A stretch of DNA of 52,481 bases, from NCBI RefSeq assembly GCF_001194135.2, contig NC_068985.1, positions 106,263,310 through 106,315,790 on the forward strand, written 5' to 3'. The position numbers and the translations under genes were made by a program. Origin of the DNA: Octopus bimaculoides. Taxonomy: Eukaryota. Under the pieces are notes generated by a model. It did no database searches and had not been told where the DNA came from. It was given only the letters and a program-made list of their open reading frames with translations. Of the stretch, positions 11,442 to 24,111 are shown one piece after another (the stretch's first letter is position 1; every line of letters begins with the position of its first letter).

Positions 11442-11676
11442 CATGATGGATATTTAATACTATACATTTCAGATAATATATCTACTCTACTGACAGATAT
11501 ACAAGTGCATTTTTTCCCTGACTGATGGTCTGTTAGATGACTCACACATATCTATATCTATCTATCTATCTATCTATATATATATATATGTGTGTGTGTG
11601 TATATATAGAAGATATATATATATTTCAAATTCAAAATGACTAGCAACATGCTTGAAACTCAAGAGTACCATATAT

Positions 11677-11709
<33 letters not shown>

Positions 11710-11959
11710 TACGCACATATATATATATATAGTGAACCTGCCTCAATGAACCCTGTCTGACACATGCAAACATGAAAATATGGATGTTAAAATGATGATA
11801 TATGCATGCACACACATATACACAAATTGTTCACATAATTCAATGCTCTGGAGCATCCAAATGATAAGAAGCTTTTTGCATCAGTGAAAGGCATATCTAA
11901 GTCAAGTTGTTGATATGAATATTTAACATCCATAATGTATGTTGAATGCCTTTTTTATA

Positions 11960-12300
11960 GATGAGTGTGACTGTGTGGTAAGAAGTTTGCTTCCCAACTA
12001 CATGGTTCCTGGTTCAGCCTCACTGCAACCAGCCACACACAACCTTATGTGTGGATTTGGTAGACAGAAACTGAAAGAAGCCTATGATGTGTGCGTGCGT
12101 GTTACTTTCTGTTTGTCCACCCTCCACTGCTTGACAACCAGTGTTGGTGTGTTTATATCCCTGTAACTTAGCAGTTCAGCAAAAGAGACAAATGAAATAA
12201 GTACCAGGCTTAAAAGGTCCTGGGGTTGATTCATTCCAACCAAAATTCTTCAAGGCAGACCCCAGCATGGCCGTAATCTAATGACCGAAACAAGTAAAAC
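11960..12300 (+). mobile_element. SINE family A
   Basis: Head-to-tail match to 44114-44520. Confidence 0.85.
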
Positions 12301-12612
12301 ATATATATATATAAACAAATGTCTTTTGATTACTCTGTGCTCTGTTGTGTATGTTTAAATACACACATACAAACACAGTTTTTTTCTTTTTTCAAATTTC
12401 TTTAGAAAACAATTAAAGGCTTTATCATTCTACAGGGCCAACCTTTTAGCTAAAAGAAGGCTAAGTAAATTGAAAATCTCGGTATTGTAACAGTGTTAAA
12501 TACAAACACACAGACGTGACTGTCAATATAATCACTTTGCATAAACTTCTGCTTCACTTAGGTCACCGTTCTGAGTATTTTCATGACTAAGGGAGGGTGT
12601 AAGGAATCTCTC

Positions 12613-12803
12613 CTAACCTCTTTGATACAAACCTGCTCCTTGTTCTATGATATAAACTTCATGTTTTAAAGAGATCTAAGTTAAAGTCTTCCATTAAAAT
12701 TTCATGTTAATTTACGTTCCACACATTAATATTAACAAAATTATTTCACTAAATTCTTCGTTATTTTTGTGTATTTCTATAGAAATATAGTTAAAGAAGG
12801 CTA
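12613..12803 (-). mobile_element. Decayed piggyBac-like MITE, same family as 49105-49329
   Basis: Shares CTTCCATTAAAATTTCATGTTAATTT and CTAAATTCTTC with the reverse complement of 49105-49329. Confidence 0.6.
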
Positions 12804-13766
12804 ATCAGTCATGCATTTCTTTGGTAAGAATCATGATCAGAGGAATTCTAGCCATGACTTCCATGTCTTTCTTAGATAACTGTTAACATGATCCTTTATT
12901 TATTTGAAGGATGTAAGGTTTGATATGAGGACTATTTAACAGGTACAAAATTTTTTTTTTTTTCCTTTCTTGCTTTCTTTTTATATTTGGTAAGGTTAAG
13001 GTGAGGAAAGGTAGTGCTTGAGACCCATTTCAGGCACTACCTTTCCTTATCCAGCCTAGGGGACTAGAGTTGGGAGAGGGATAAGGAAGCTAGTCTGATA
13101 CAAAAGTTACACTTTGTAGCCCTGGGGATTATTTATGATCAGATGTTGAACTTTTGAGTTACATAGAGGAACACTTAATTTATCACCCAGCTCCCTTCAC
13201 TCTGTGTATCCATGAACTTCAGTTGACCTTAAAAAAAAAAAAAGTTAAACTAAGCTGCTCCCGGCACCCACCTCCTACCATTAACATATCTTTGTTATGG
13301 GGGCTTCACTGTAATGTTCATCTAACAGGATTTTCTTTTTAATCACTCCTTTATAGGTTAGATATGTTGGCCGGCACATCAATATCTGTGTATGNNNNNN
13401 NNNNNNNNNNNNNNNNNNNNNNNNNNNNNNNNNNNNNNNNNNNNNNNNNNNNNNNNNNNNNNNNNNNNNNNNNNNNNNNNNNNNNNNNNNNNNNNNNNNN
13501 NNNNNNNNNNNNNNNNNNNNNNNNNNNNNNNNNNNNNNNNNNNNNNNNNNNNNNNNNNNNNNNNNNNNNNNNNNNNNNNNNNNNNNNNNNNNNNNNNNNT
13601 ATATATATATATATATATATATCTGTATATATACACACAAAGATATATACAGTACTATAAGAAATCGAAAGTCCTATACATACATACACACACACACACA
13701 TATATATACACAAATGTATATACATATATATATATGTATGTATGTATATATGTATGTATATGTATG

Positions 13767-13802
<36 letters not shown>

Positions 13803-13995
13803 CATCATCATCATCATCATCGTTTAACGTCCGCTTTCCATGCTAGCATGGGTTGGACGATTTGACTGAGGACTGGTGAAACCGGATGGCAACACCAGCC
13901 TCCAATCTGATTTGGCAGAGTTTCTACAGCTGGATGCCCTTCCTAATGCCAACCACTCAGGGAGTGTAGTGGGTGCTTTTACGTGTCACTCGCAG
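13803..13995 (-). mobile_element. SINE family C, 3' part with (GAT)n tail
   Basis: (CAT)n CGTTTAACGTCCGCTTTCCATGCTAGCATGGG...GGATGCCCTTCCTAATGCCAACC. Confidence 0.85.
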
Positions 13996-14012
13996 ATCTA
14001 CTAATTCTATGT

Positions 14013-14780
14013 CCCAGTGGTTAGGGCAGCGGACTCGTGGTCATAGGATCGCAGTTTCAATTCCCAGACCGGGCATTGTGAGTGTTTATTGAGCGAAAAC
14101 ACCTAAAGCTCCACGAGGCTCCGGCAGGGGATGGTGGTGGACTCTGCTGTACTCTTTCACCACAACTTTCTCTCACTCTTACTTCCTGTTTCTGTTGTGC
14201 CTGTAATTCAAAGGGTCAGCCTTGTCACACTATGTCATGCTGAATATCCCCGAGAACTATGTTAAGGGTACACATGTCTGTGGAGTGCTCAGCCACTTGC
14301 ACGTTAATTTCACGAGCAGGCTGTTCCGTTGATTGGATCAACTAGAACCCTCGACGTCGTAAGCAACGGAGTGCCAACTAATTCTATNNNNNNNNNNNNN
14401 NNNNNNNNNNNNNNNTCCCAGTGGTTAGGGCAGCGGACTCGTGGTCATAGGATCGCAGTTTCAATTCCCAGACCGGGCATTGTGAGTGTTTATTGAGCGA
14501 AAACACCTAAAGCTCCACGAGGCTCCGGCAGGGGATGGTGGTGGACTCTGCTGTACTCTTTCACCACAACTTTCTCTCACTCTTACTTCCTGTTTCTGTT
14601 GTGCCTGTAATTCAAAGGGTCAGCCTTGTCACACTATGTCATGCTGAATATCCCCGAGAACTATGTTAAGGGTACACATGTCTGTGGAGTGCTCAGCCAC
14701 TTGCACGTTAATTTCACGAGCAGGCTGTTCCGTTGATTGGATCAACTAGAACCCTCGACGTCGTAAGCAACGGAGTGCCA
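14013..14780 (+). mobile_element. SINE family B with 13-bp TSD, represented twice across a gap
   Basis: TSD ACTAATTCTATGT at 14000-14012 and 14781-14793; copies 14013-14376 and 14417-14780 look identical. Confidence 0.9.
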
Positions 14781-14819
14781 ACTAATTCTATGTATTTAGT
14801 TCAAACAAGTAATAACAAA

Positions 14820-15025
14820 TATATGCTGCATTTTGAGGGGAGAAGGTTTAGTCGATTTCTTTGATCCTAGTACAATAATTGGTACTTTATTTTATTGACC
14901 CTGGAGGAATGAAGGACAAAGTGGACCTCAGCAAATTTCAAATTCAGATTGTAAAGAGCTGAAAGAAATACTACAAGGCATTTTCTATGACAGTCTAACA
15001 ACTCTTTCAGTTCACCACCTTAATA
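14820..15025 (-). mobile_element. SINE family E
   Basis: Family E blocks followed by a TAATAATAAT linker. Confidence 0.75.
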
Positions 15026-15093
15026 ATAATGGTTTATGAAAATGTTCTTTTTTTTTTTTAATCCAAGCCTTTATCAAATAATCTAATAACTTC

Positions 15094-15170
15094 GGATCTT
15101 TTTTAAAACGGGGGCCACATTTTTCATTAACGAAACACTTTGAAACTTGGAACACTGGTAGAATGTGACC
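15094..15170 (+). mobile_element. Solo TIR of the Merlin-like MITE family
   Basis: GGATCTTTTTTAAAACGGGGGCCACATTTTTCATTAA matches the TIRs at 24200 and 24836. Confidence 0.75.
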
Positions 15171-15759
15171 TCTATATTCACATTACTACTTCACAATGTA
15201 TGCACAAATTTTTTCTGCTTATGTCATCAAAGTTACCACCTCCCCATCACTGCTGTACTCTGACTCCGCCTCATACATTTACAGATTGAAATCCTGATCC
15301 TCCAATTACAGACCAGATACAATGAAATCTACTTTTGTGTCTCTGCTGATAAAAGACCTTGTGTAAAACATTATCTTCTTGTTACATCAGTGAATAGCAG
15401 AATTGCTAGACAAAAATGCCAGGCAAATTTAGTTATGCCTTTATATTCTGAGTTCAGATTTCACCAGAGTTGCCTTCCCCAGTCATCTCTCTTTGACCAA
15501 ACAACAGAACTTCAACATAGCCACTTGATCTGCTAGAAATAGCAGCGAAATATACCTCAAATCACAGCCTACCATCTTTGGAAAGAAATGGACATATTAG
15601 ATTATATACTTCCATGTACCCCTAAAATAAATTCAAATAATGTCAGGGATGGCTTACCTTTGTCATCCTTCCAATGTTGATAAAATAAATAGTAGAGTAC
15701 TAGGGTCAATTTAATTATATTCTTCCCTATCAAGCCTTGCTCTTATCATCATCATGATT

Positions 15760-16515
15760 AAGGTGGCAAACTGGCAAAATCATTAGCGTGTTGGACAAAA
15801 TGCTTGGCAGCATTTCTTCTGGCTCTTTATATTCTGAGTTCAAATTCTGCCAATGTCAACTTTGCCTTTCATTCTTTCAAACTTGGTAAAATAATGTGCC
15901 AGTCAAGTACTGAAGTTAATGGAATCAACTTTCTCCTCTACTCAAAATTGCTGGCTTTGTGTCAAAATTAGAAAGAATTATTATTATTAAGACATCAAGC
16001 TTAAAGAATCATTGGCACATAGGACAAAGTGCTTAGTGGCATTGCTTCTAGATCTTTACGTTCTGAGTTCCAAAGTTGGTGAAGTCAATTTTGCCATTCA
16101 TTGTTTCAGGTTTAATAAAATAAAGTACCAGTCAAGCGTCATCTAAACACCTTTCAAAATTTTAGGCCTTGTGCTTATTGTAAAAAGGATTATCATTATT
16201 ATTATTATTAAGTGGTGAACCAGCAAAAATGTTAGCACATACTGCATTTTGTCCACCTTTGTTGTTCTGGGTTCGAATTCTGCTTTGGTTGATTTTTAAG
16301 GTTGTGAACTGGCAGACTCATTAGCATGCCAGGCAAAATACCTAGCAGCATTTCATCCATTTTTACATTTTGAGTTCAAATATTGCCAGGGTTGACTTTG
16401 TCTTTTGTCCTTTTAGGGTTAATAAAGTAAGTACCAGTTGAACAATGGGATTGATGGAATTGACGTACCCTTCCCCCAAAATTGCTAGCCTTGTGCCAAA
16501 AATTTGAAATCATTA
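15760..16515 (+). repeat. Head-to-tail array of SINE family E units (~220 bp), partly joined by (TTA)n
   Basis: Units at ~15760-15985, 15988-16210, 16210-16290 (partial) and 16297-16515, each with a TTCTGAGTTCAAATT-like B-box. Confidence 0.8.
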
Positions 16516-17334
16516 GACATGACAAAATATCTGACATCAAATATGCTTTATGTGTTGAGTATCTGCCTTTGATGACTTGTGTTGAATTTCTATCAGAACT
16601 ACCTCTGCCTTTTATCTATCTTCCTTTGAAGGTAGATAAAATGAAGTACGAGAATTAGTAGTGTCAGACAAAAGCTATTCAGTCACAACCCTTTGTTTCA
16701 AGTTTAAATCTTATTGAGACCAATCTGGCCTTTCTAATGTTCTGTTGCTAATAAAAATGCAGCAACAATTTGCTTAATGATTCCTTTCTTAATGATATTT
16801 CTGTTTTTTATTTACAAGAATAAAAACTTAATAGTTAATTGCTAAAAATAAATGCTAAACATTCATAATAAATGCTTTAAAAGTTTATCACAATGTGCTT
16901 TGATAAAGTGTACATGAGTGTTTGTTCAATTAATCATTCAGTTAGTTTGTATGTCGACATTGTGTATACATACTTTATTTACATTTCCTCCACTACTCTT
17001 TCATCTTAACTCTTTTGAATTAATTCACCTTTCCAATCAGGATTGTCGATTTAACTAATTTCCGGTTAGAAGTAGACTATTTTAACAAATCATTGTTATC
17101 ATTTTAATGTTAACTTTTCCATGCTTGCATGGCTCAGATAGAATTCATTGAGGCAGATTTTCTAGAAACTTTCACCTGATAACATGCATTGGTGATATTT
17201 CCCTTTAGCTGGACTTTTTCCACAGAATACTGGAAATGAATGACACATTTGTATGATGGTGACACTTGTTTACAAATATCATACGACGTTATGACAAGAC
17301 TGGATACACACTTATATATGTGCTTATATGTGTC

Positions 17335-17556
17335 ACTTCCTACAAATAGAACAGGATTGCAGGGGCACAAGAAAACACACTGCACGAGTCCAGAGCCAAC
17401 TCCTCACCTTCAGTCCCAGTAGGCCACCAATGCTCAACCTGCGGGAGAACCTTCTGAGCACATATCGGATTGATTGGCCACAGCCGGACACACTGTGCTC
17501 TGTCACCTCCCAAGTTATGTCCTTGGCCATCGTTGACAACGGATGAACTAATAATA
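17335..17556 (+). mobile_element. RTE/BovB-like LINE 3' terminus
   Basis: Translates to HQCSTCGRTF*AHIGLIGHSRTH (terminal C2H2 finger); ends GACAACGGATGAACTAATAATAA. Confidence 0.8.
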
Positions 17557-17601
17557 ATATATATATATATATATATATATACATACATATATATAGACAT
17601 C

Positions 17602-17727
17602 ACAGGTTGCTTCAGTTTCTGCCTTCTGAATCCACTTAAAAGGTGGCCTAAGGCTGTAATAGAAGATGCGCTATGTACTGGGACTGAACTTGTGATTGGC
17701 AAGCAAACTTCTTAACCATGCAGTCAT
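17602..17727 (-). mobile_element. SINE family A fragment
   Basis: Decayed head match. Confidence 0.6.
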
Positions 17728-18237
17728 ATCAGTCTCTCTCTCTCTCTCCTTCTTTCTCTCTCACATGCACACAAACACGCATATCATCATCTCTCCCCAC
17801 CCTACCAACCTTGTTACATAGCAGAAAAGTGCTAATGAATGCTTTGTGTAGTGTTACCATATAATTTACAGGGTTCTCTACCTGGTTATAAAAGGTCACA
17901 GACTGTCTGATATGAAGACACAGGTGGGCAATTAGTATATTTAAAACTCAAGGTGAACTCTATTATCAAAAAACATCCCAAGATTCAGTCTTTCTGTAAA
18001 GGTCAATTATTAGAAGACAAACGTAATTTGTTCTTAAAACTGTCAATAATTATTTGCTTGTATACCTTATTATTGATTCTTTGTTTACTAAACTCTTTGA
18101 TTTTTCTTTATATTGCTCTTTTAGTTCTACTTTACATTGTGAATGCAATGCACTGTTCTTCCTTTTCAACAGATAAATCTCTGTCAGTGATGAGCTGTTT
18201 CTAAGATTATAGTTTATCCAGACTATTAACCTTATTT

Positions 18238-18795
18238 TGTGTGTGGCTGAGTACTTAAGAAGTTTGCTTCCCAACCATGTAGTTTCAGCTTCAGTCCCAC
18301 CACGTGGCACCTTGACTAAATGTCCTCACTATAGCCCTTGGCTACTCGTAAGTGGATTTGATAGACAACAACTGAAAGGAGCCTGTTAAACACACACAAA
18401 CACATGGCTGTGTGGAAAGAAGCTTCCTTCCCATCCATATGATTTGGGGTTCAGTCCTGCTGCATGGTACCTTGGGCAGTTTGCCTTCTATTATAGGCCT
18501 AGGCAAACCAAAGCTTTGTGAGAGGATTTGGTAGATGTAAATGATGGAAACTGAAAGAAGCTGGTCGTGTATGTGAGTATGTATGTATGTGCATGTCTTT
18601 GTGTTTGTTTTCCACCACCACTTAACAACCAGTGTTGGTTTGTTCACATCCCCATAACTTAGCAGTTTGGCATAAGAGACTGGTCGGATAAGTACCAGGC
18701 TTAAAAAGAAGCACTGGGGTTGATTTGTCTGACTAAACCCTTAACCCTTCAAGATAGTACCCCAGCAGGGACACAGTCTGAAACAAGTAAAAGAT
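18238..18795 (+). mobile_element. Two adjacent SINE family A copies (5' half plus near-full copy)
   Basis: Heads at ~18238 and ~18402; tail GAAACAAGTAAAAGA at ~18780. Confidence 0.8.
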
Positions 18796-18829
18796 ATGCT
18801 TGTATATGTTCATATCTCTTTGTTTTGAT

Positions 18830-19050
18830 ATCAGATGGTGGTTATCAATGACCAGCACTGTTACACAAGCAGTGTTTCTTGTTTCCAAACTTCTGTGATA
18901 AATACACCTGGCCATGAGAAAATATTACCTTGCCTTGAAGCAAATGAAGATTGGCAACAGCGTCGTCATCCAGCTGTAGAAAATTTGCCACATTGAATTC
19001 CATCTGACCCATGCAAGCGTGGAAAAGTGGGTGTTAAAATTATGATGATA
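18830..19050 (+). mobile_element. SINE family C
   Basis: CATCCAGCTGTAGAAA, CCCATGCAAGCGTGGAAAAG and a (GAT)n-like tail. Confidence 0.7.
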
Positions 19051-19667
19051 ATAATGGCATTACATTTCAAAGGGTTTGATATCTAAATGTCATGAAGTGA
19101 TTTATTCCTGGATATGTGTATAGTCTTAGGCTGAATTTGAACTTAGGACATTTATTTCCAATGTTAGTAATGTCCTTACCCACACATACATGTTCCAGTG
19201 ATTTATTGGATAACAACATTAATACTCCTAGTTTAGAAATGCAAATTTTTAGTTTAAATCTAGTTGTGGGCTATGCATTTTCAAGAATTAAACACCTGGT
19301 GAAAATGAGATATTAACCCAATTGAAACATAATCTCTCTCTCTCTCTCTCTTTCTCCACATATATATATCATCATCATCATCATCATATATATATATATA
19401 TATATATATAGTTGAAATTAACAGAAAAACAAAAGACAAATAAAAATGGAGACTAATTAGCTGAATTGATAAGGTATTAGACAACTAACTAATTGAGTTC
19501 AAATCCACTCCTGGTGTTCTATTATCATATCTCTAATCAAAACATTTCATTCAACATCAGTCTACTTTCCTTTTAGAAATAGACACACAAATGAGAAGAC
19601 AAAGGGACACAAACACACTCTCAAACACATGCAATCATATATATGCATGTATCCACACAATAAGCTT

Positions 19668-19795
19668 CTAACAGTTTCCATCTACCAAATTCACTCACAA
19701 GGCATTGGTCAGCACTTTCTCAAAGTGCCATGCAGTGGGACTGAACCTTAAACCATATGGTTATGATGTAAGCTTCTCCACAGGGCCATGCCTGT
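19668..19795 (-). mobile_element. SINE family A fragment
   Basis: Head match. Confidence 0.65.
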
Positions 19796-19817
19796 GTATC
19801 TATCTATCTATGTCTGT

Positions 19818-19893
<76 letters not shown>

Positions 19894-20035
19894 CAAACAT
19901 ACATATATAAATGCATATGTAACCAAATGTCACTAACAATGCATTGATCAATCCAAAGCTACAGTAGATGTTTATTCAAATTGTCACATGTAGAGTCTCC
20001 TGCATTGGTTTGATGTCACTCTGTAGAATACAAGT

Positions 20036-20260
20036 GGAGGCACATGGCTTAGTAGCCGAGGTGTTGGACTCATGATCATAGGATTGTGGCTTTGATTCCT
20101 GGACCAGGCAACATGTGTTCTTGAGCAAAACATTTCATTTCACATTGCTCCAGTTCACTCAGCTGGCAAAACGAGTAATCCTGCGGTGGACTGGCATCAT
20201 ATCCAGGGTGTACATGGAAACTGGGGAAACTGATCCTATATGACTCATGAAGTATCTCTA
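20036..20260 (+). mobile_element. SINE family D
   Basis: Matches 10113-10360. Confidence 0.8.
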
Positions 20261-20394
20261 AACTATAGGTATACAACAATAAGGTATACAAGCAAATAAT
20301 CCTGCTCAAGACTGACACACTTCAATAACCACTGAATAATCACATGCACTATATACTGACACACGCTTTTTCCATTTTATTTTCACTATTAATT

Positions 20395-20692
20395 AACTGT
20401 CCTTGCGAATCCCTTCTTATCAACGATGGGGCCACAAACTATATGATGAAAATCCAGAGTTACTTGTGGTCGGTGGATTTTTAATAAAAATGCAAAGGTG
20501 GTTTATCAATTCAAAAATCGATATTCATGCAATAATTGTACTTCCTGATTTTTTAATGCTAAAAACCTTCCTGGCAACCGTCTTTGTTGTCCCGAAAAAT
20601 ATTGAAACCGTTGGTCCTGCCGTCTGGCTGTGCATGAAGAGGGAACAGACAAAGAGATGGACAGATGGACATGACACCCATTATAGTAAGAT
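20395..20692 (-). mobile_element. Non-autonomous Helitron-like element (Lep1-type architecture)
   Basis: Minus strand starts ATCTTACTATAATGGG followed by a short TCTG/TCCA microsatellite-like tract. Confidence 0.55.
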
Positions 20693-21009
20693 AGCAAATC
20701 TTTCCACCTACGATGGGAAATAAAGGGATAGTATCGCAAATCTAAACCCTCTAAATTCACAATCTGTACGGTGGGGGGGGGGGATCCAGGGTTAATCCTT
20801 GTCATCGGAATTTTAGCAAAAAAAATCAAAGGTGATTTATTAATACAAAACTCAATATCCACTAAATAATCATACTTTTTCACAGTTTTTTCACTAAAAA
20901 TTTTTCTGATTACTTCCTGCATAATCCTGAAAAACATGATCATTGGTCCAGCCGTTTGACCATGAAGCAGGGAACAGACAGACAGATATAATGCCCATTA
21001 TAGTAAGAT
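20693..21009 (-). mobile_element. Second, diverged Helitron-like element abutting the first
   Basis: Same ATCTTACTATAATGGG start and (TCTG)n; 3' hairpin TTTCCCATCGTAGGTGGAAA; ends ...GCTA at the start of the neighbour. Confidence 0.55.
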
Positions 21010-21914
21010 TATTTAGTTCAAGGATAAGAACTTGTGCTTGTAGCCCATGTAAACCTTCTTGGATCATCCACTAAAGATACACTGACATCCTATGCAGAAT
21101 GATAATTTGATATCTCTTATCTAATTAACACTGATATAGGGGCCAAGCCCTGGAACTACTTATCTCCTTGGTATATTTGGCAACATTGACATTACAATGC
21201 CACTACTTTTTTATTGTTACTCGAACACACCCACTCTTCATTTAACATGAGGCCATTTATATCCTTTATATGAGAAACTGACATTTTTACCCATGTCTGA
21301 TGTGTCATGTGTTAATATACCTGCTATCTTGTGATGCTATCCTTTATACATTTAAATGTTGTATAGTATTTAAGATTGTTAATTAACTACAAACAAATAT
21401 TTCTAGCTTTGTTCTAAAGTAATTTCAAATTTATAATAATTATAATGTATAATTAATTAATTCAAATGTTCTTGTGTGTTACGTAATTTTTTGTTGTCTA
21501 TCTTTCCATTACCAAGTTACCTGATGATAATAACCTGTAAGATTACATTATAAAAACTCTCTTTTGTTTCCTTTCTTCTAACTATTATTAATGCACACAG
21601 ACAGACACACCCAAATGTTGCTATATCTCCACCACTAACAAGCTAGTAGTGTCTTCTGTTATATTTCAGTAAGCACACACATAGCCAAACTTGATTATAT
21701 TTTTACAATTGTAACCTGGTGGTCTGCATGGTGACATCAACTACTGTTTTAGAATGATAAGGTGACACTAGATAATGTAGTTCTAGATGTATATTGTGTA
21801 CTTAAAAAGACAAAAAAAAATGATGGTAAGCCTTAGATCATAAGTCTACTGAGTCACAGCTCACTTGAACTTAACTTGGTGGCATAATCAGATACTTAAA
21901 TAATTAAAAGAATC

Positions 21915-22140
21915 ATCATCATTGTCATCATTATTTTAATGTCCACTTTCCTATGCTCGCATGGGTCAGGTAGAATTTGTTGAGGTTGATTTTTCTATGG
22001 CTGGATGCTCTTCTTGTAGCCAACATTTATGTGTTTCCAAGCAAAGTTATATTTCCTCATCACCAGACATGTTTTTCATGAAAGACCGGAAACAAACGAC
22101 GCTACTTGTATGATAGTGATACTTGTTTGCAACTATTAGA
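21915..22140 (-). mobile_element. SINE family C
   Basis: (CAT)n...TTTAATGTCCACTTTCCTATGCTCGCATGGG...GGATGCTCTTCTT. Confidence 0.7.
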
Positions 22141-22187
22141 CAATGCTGAGATGAGTACACAGACACACGCTCACATATATATACATG

Positions 22188-22338
22188 AAGGACTTTCAGT
22201 TTCTGTAGAACAAATCCACTTTCAAAGCTTTGGTTATCTTAGAAATATAATAGAAGACACTTAGCCCAGGTGTCACACAGTGGGACTGAACCTGAAACCA
22301 TATGGTTGGGAAGCAAACTTCTTAACTATACAACCACA
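22188..22338 (-). mobile_element. SINE family A, 5' half
   Basis: Head match. Confidence 0.75.
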
Positions 22339-22611
22339 CAAAAGTCTGCATTGTTAATAGTTTCACGCAGTAAATTTGACTGCACACATTTCTTTTATGT
22401 TCACACTCAGCTGAACTTCACTAGGTGATTTTCTCACTAGCACAATCATATCATATTTAAAGTAATGACGTTATATACACCCACATAAACCCGTTTTATC
22501 TCCAGTTAACGTGTTTGTTGGCTTTTTACTCACTTAATCATGTCAGTTGTATATGGTCCAGTGAGACTGAGTCATGTTGTTTTATGTATAGAATTGAAAG
22601 TATGGTCCAAA

Positions 22612-22629
22612 ATAATAATGATGATGATG

Positions 22630-22715
<86 letters not shown>
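22612..22715. repeat. (AAT)n microsatellite running into a gap
   Basis: Seen directly. Confidence 0.95.
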
Positions 22716-23275
22716 NNNNNNNNNNNNNNNNNNNNNNNNNNNNNNNNNNNNNNNNNNNNNNNNNNNNNNNNNNNNNNNNNNNNNNNNNNNNNNNNNNNNN
22801 NNNNNNNNNNNNNNNNNNNNNNNNNNNNNNNNNNNNNNNNNNNNNNNNNNNNNNNNNNNNNNNNNNNNNNNNNNNNNNNNNNNNNNNNNNNNNNNNNNNN
22901 NNNNNNNNNNNNNNNNNNNNNNNNNNNNNNNNNNNNNNNNNNNNNNNNNNNNNNNNNNNNNNNNNNNNNNNNNNNNNNNNNNNNNNNNNNNNNNNNNNNN
23001 NNNNNNNNNNNNNNNNNNNNNNNNNNNNNNNNNNNNNNNNNNNNNNNNNNNNNNNNNNNNNNNNNNNNNNNNNNNNNNNNNNNNNNNNNNNNNNNNNNNN
23101 NNNNNNNNNNNNNNNNNNNNNNNNNNNNNNNNNNNNNNNNNNNNNNNNNNNNNNNNNNNNNNNNNNNNNNNNNNNNNNNNNNNNNNNNNNNNNNNNNNNN
23201 NNNNNNNNNNNNNNNNNNNNNNNNNNNNNNNNNNNNNNNNNNNNNNNNNNNNNNNNNNNNNNNNNNNNNNNNNNN

Positions 23276-24111
23276 ACAAAGCCGTTACCCATCAATGGTT
23301 AGTGTCTTCTGGTTTAAAATCAGAAACAGAAGGGTTTATCATAGCAGCCTTAGATCAATGCCTACCTACAAGGAACTACCAGGCCAACATATTAAAGAAC
23401 AGCAACTCCCCATTATGTCGTATATGCCAACAACACGATGAAACAATTGATCATGTTGTCTCCATGTGCCTACAGAGTATCTCAACAGACATGATAGAGC
23501 AGCACAGTATATTCACCGGGTAATTTGCAAAAATCTGGACCTGCCCTATGATAAAAACTGGTGGGAACAAAAAACACTTCCAGTGCTTAAAAATGATCAC
23601 ATTCAAACTGACAGAAAGATAGATGCAGATAAGCCAGACATTATATTGAAAGACTTCAGACAAAAATCATGCCTCCTCATTGATATAACTGTCCCAATCG
23701 ACACAGATGTATCTGTCAAGACCTACCAAAAACTGAGCAAGTATAAAGATCTTAAAATAGAAATTGTCAAAATGTGGAACCTCAAGACTAAAACAATACC
23801 TGATGTCATAGGTGCCCTTGGAATGATAGCAAAAGGGGTTGATTCCTACCTAGCTCAGACACCAGGAAACCCTAAAATGGCAGAAATTCAAAAGATAGTG
23901 CTCATGGGAACTGCTCATATCCTACGTAAAATACTATGTAATCTCAAATTTTAAAACAAATTTTCTTGTTTTCTTAAACATTCTCTAGAACACTACTATG
24001 TGCAAAACCAAATATATGAAATCCTAGGCATAATACCAGCTTGAACTAACTTGTTGTCTCTTGAGATCTCTGGGTGAGACTTGGAGTCAACATGTACAAA
24101 TACAAAGCAAA
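23276..24111 (+). mobile_element. R4/Dong-like non-LTR retrotransposon 3' fragment (CCHC knuckle + restriction-like endonuclease), frameshifted
   Basis: KSETEGFIIAALDQ, CRICQQHDETIDHVVSMC (CX2CX8HX4C), KPDIILKDFRQKSCLLIDITVP (PD..D), IGALG and GTAHILRKIL; 3' UTR to ~24111. Confidence 0.85.

Larger units (their letters stand above)
11062..11484. mobile_element. Foldback element with ~170-bp inverted arms, each carrying a decayed hammerhead motif
   Basis: Arms 11062-11229 and 11314-11484 are ~90% identical by eye; 84-bp spacer. Confidence 0.9.

Noticed and set aside
14013-14780. Apparent SINE B dimer
   Set aside because: The two copies look identical and are separated by a 28-N gap at the TSD. 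This is most likely a contig-overlap artefact; long reads would decide.
21515-21570. CTGATGA...AAAAAC hammerhead-like string
   Set aside because: No closing stem I, stem III or cleavage triplet.
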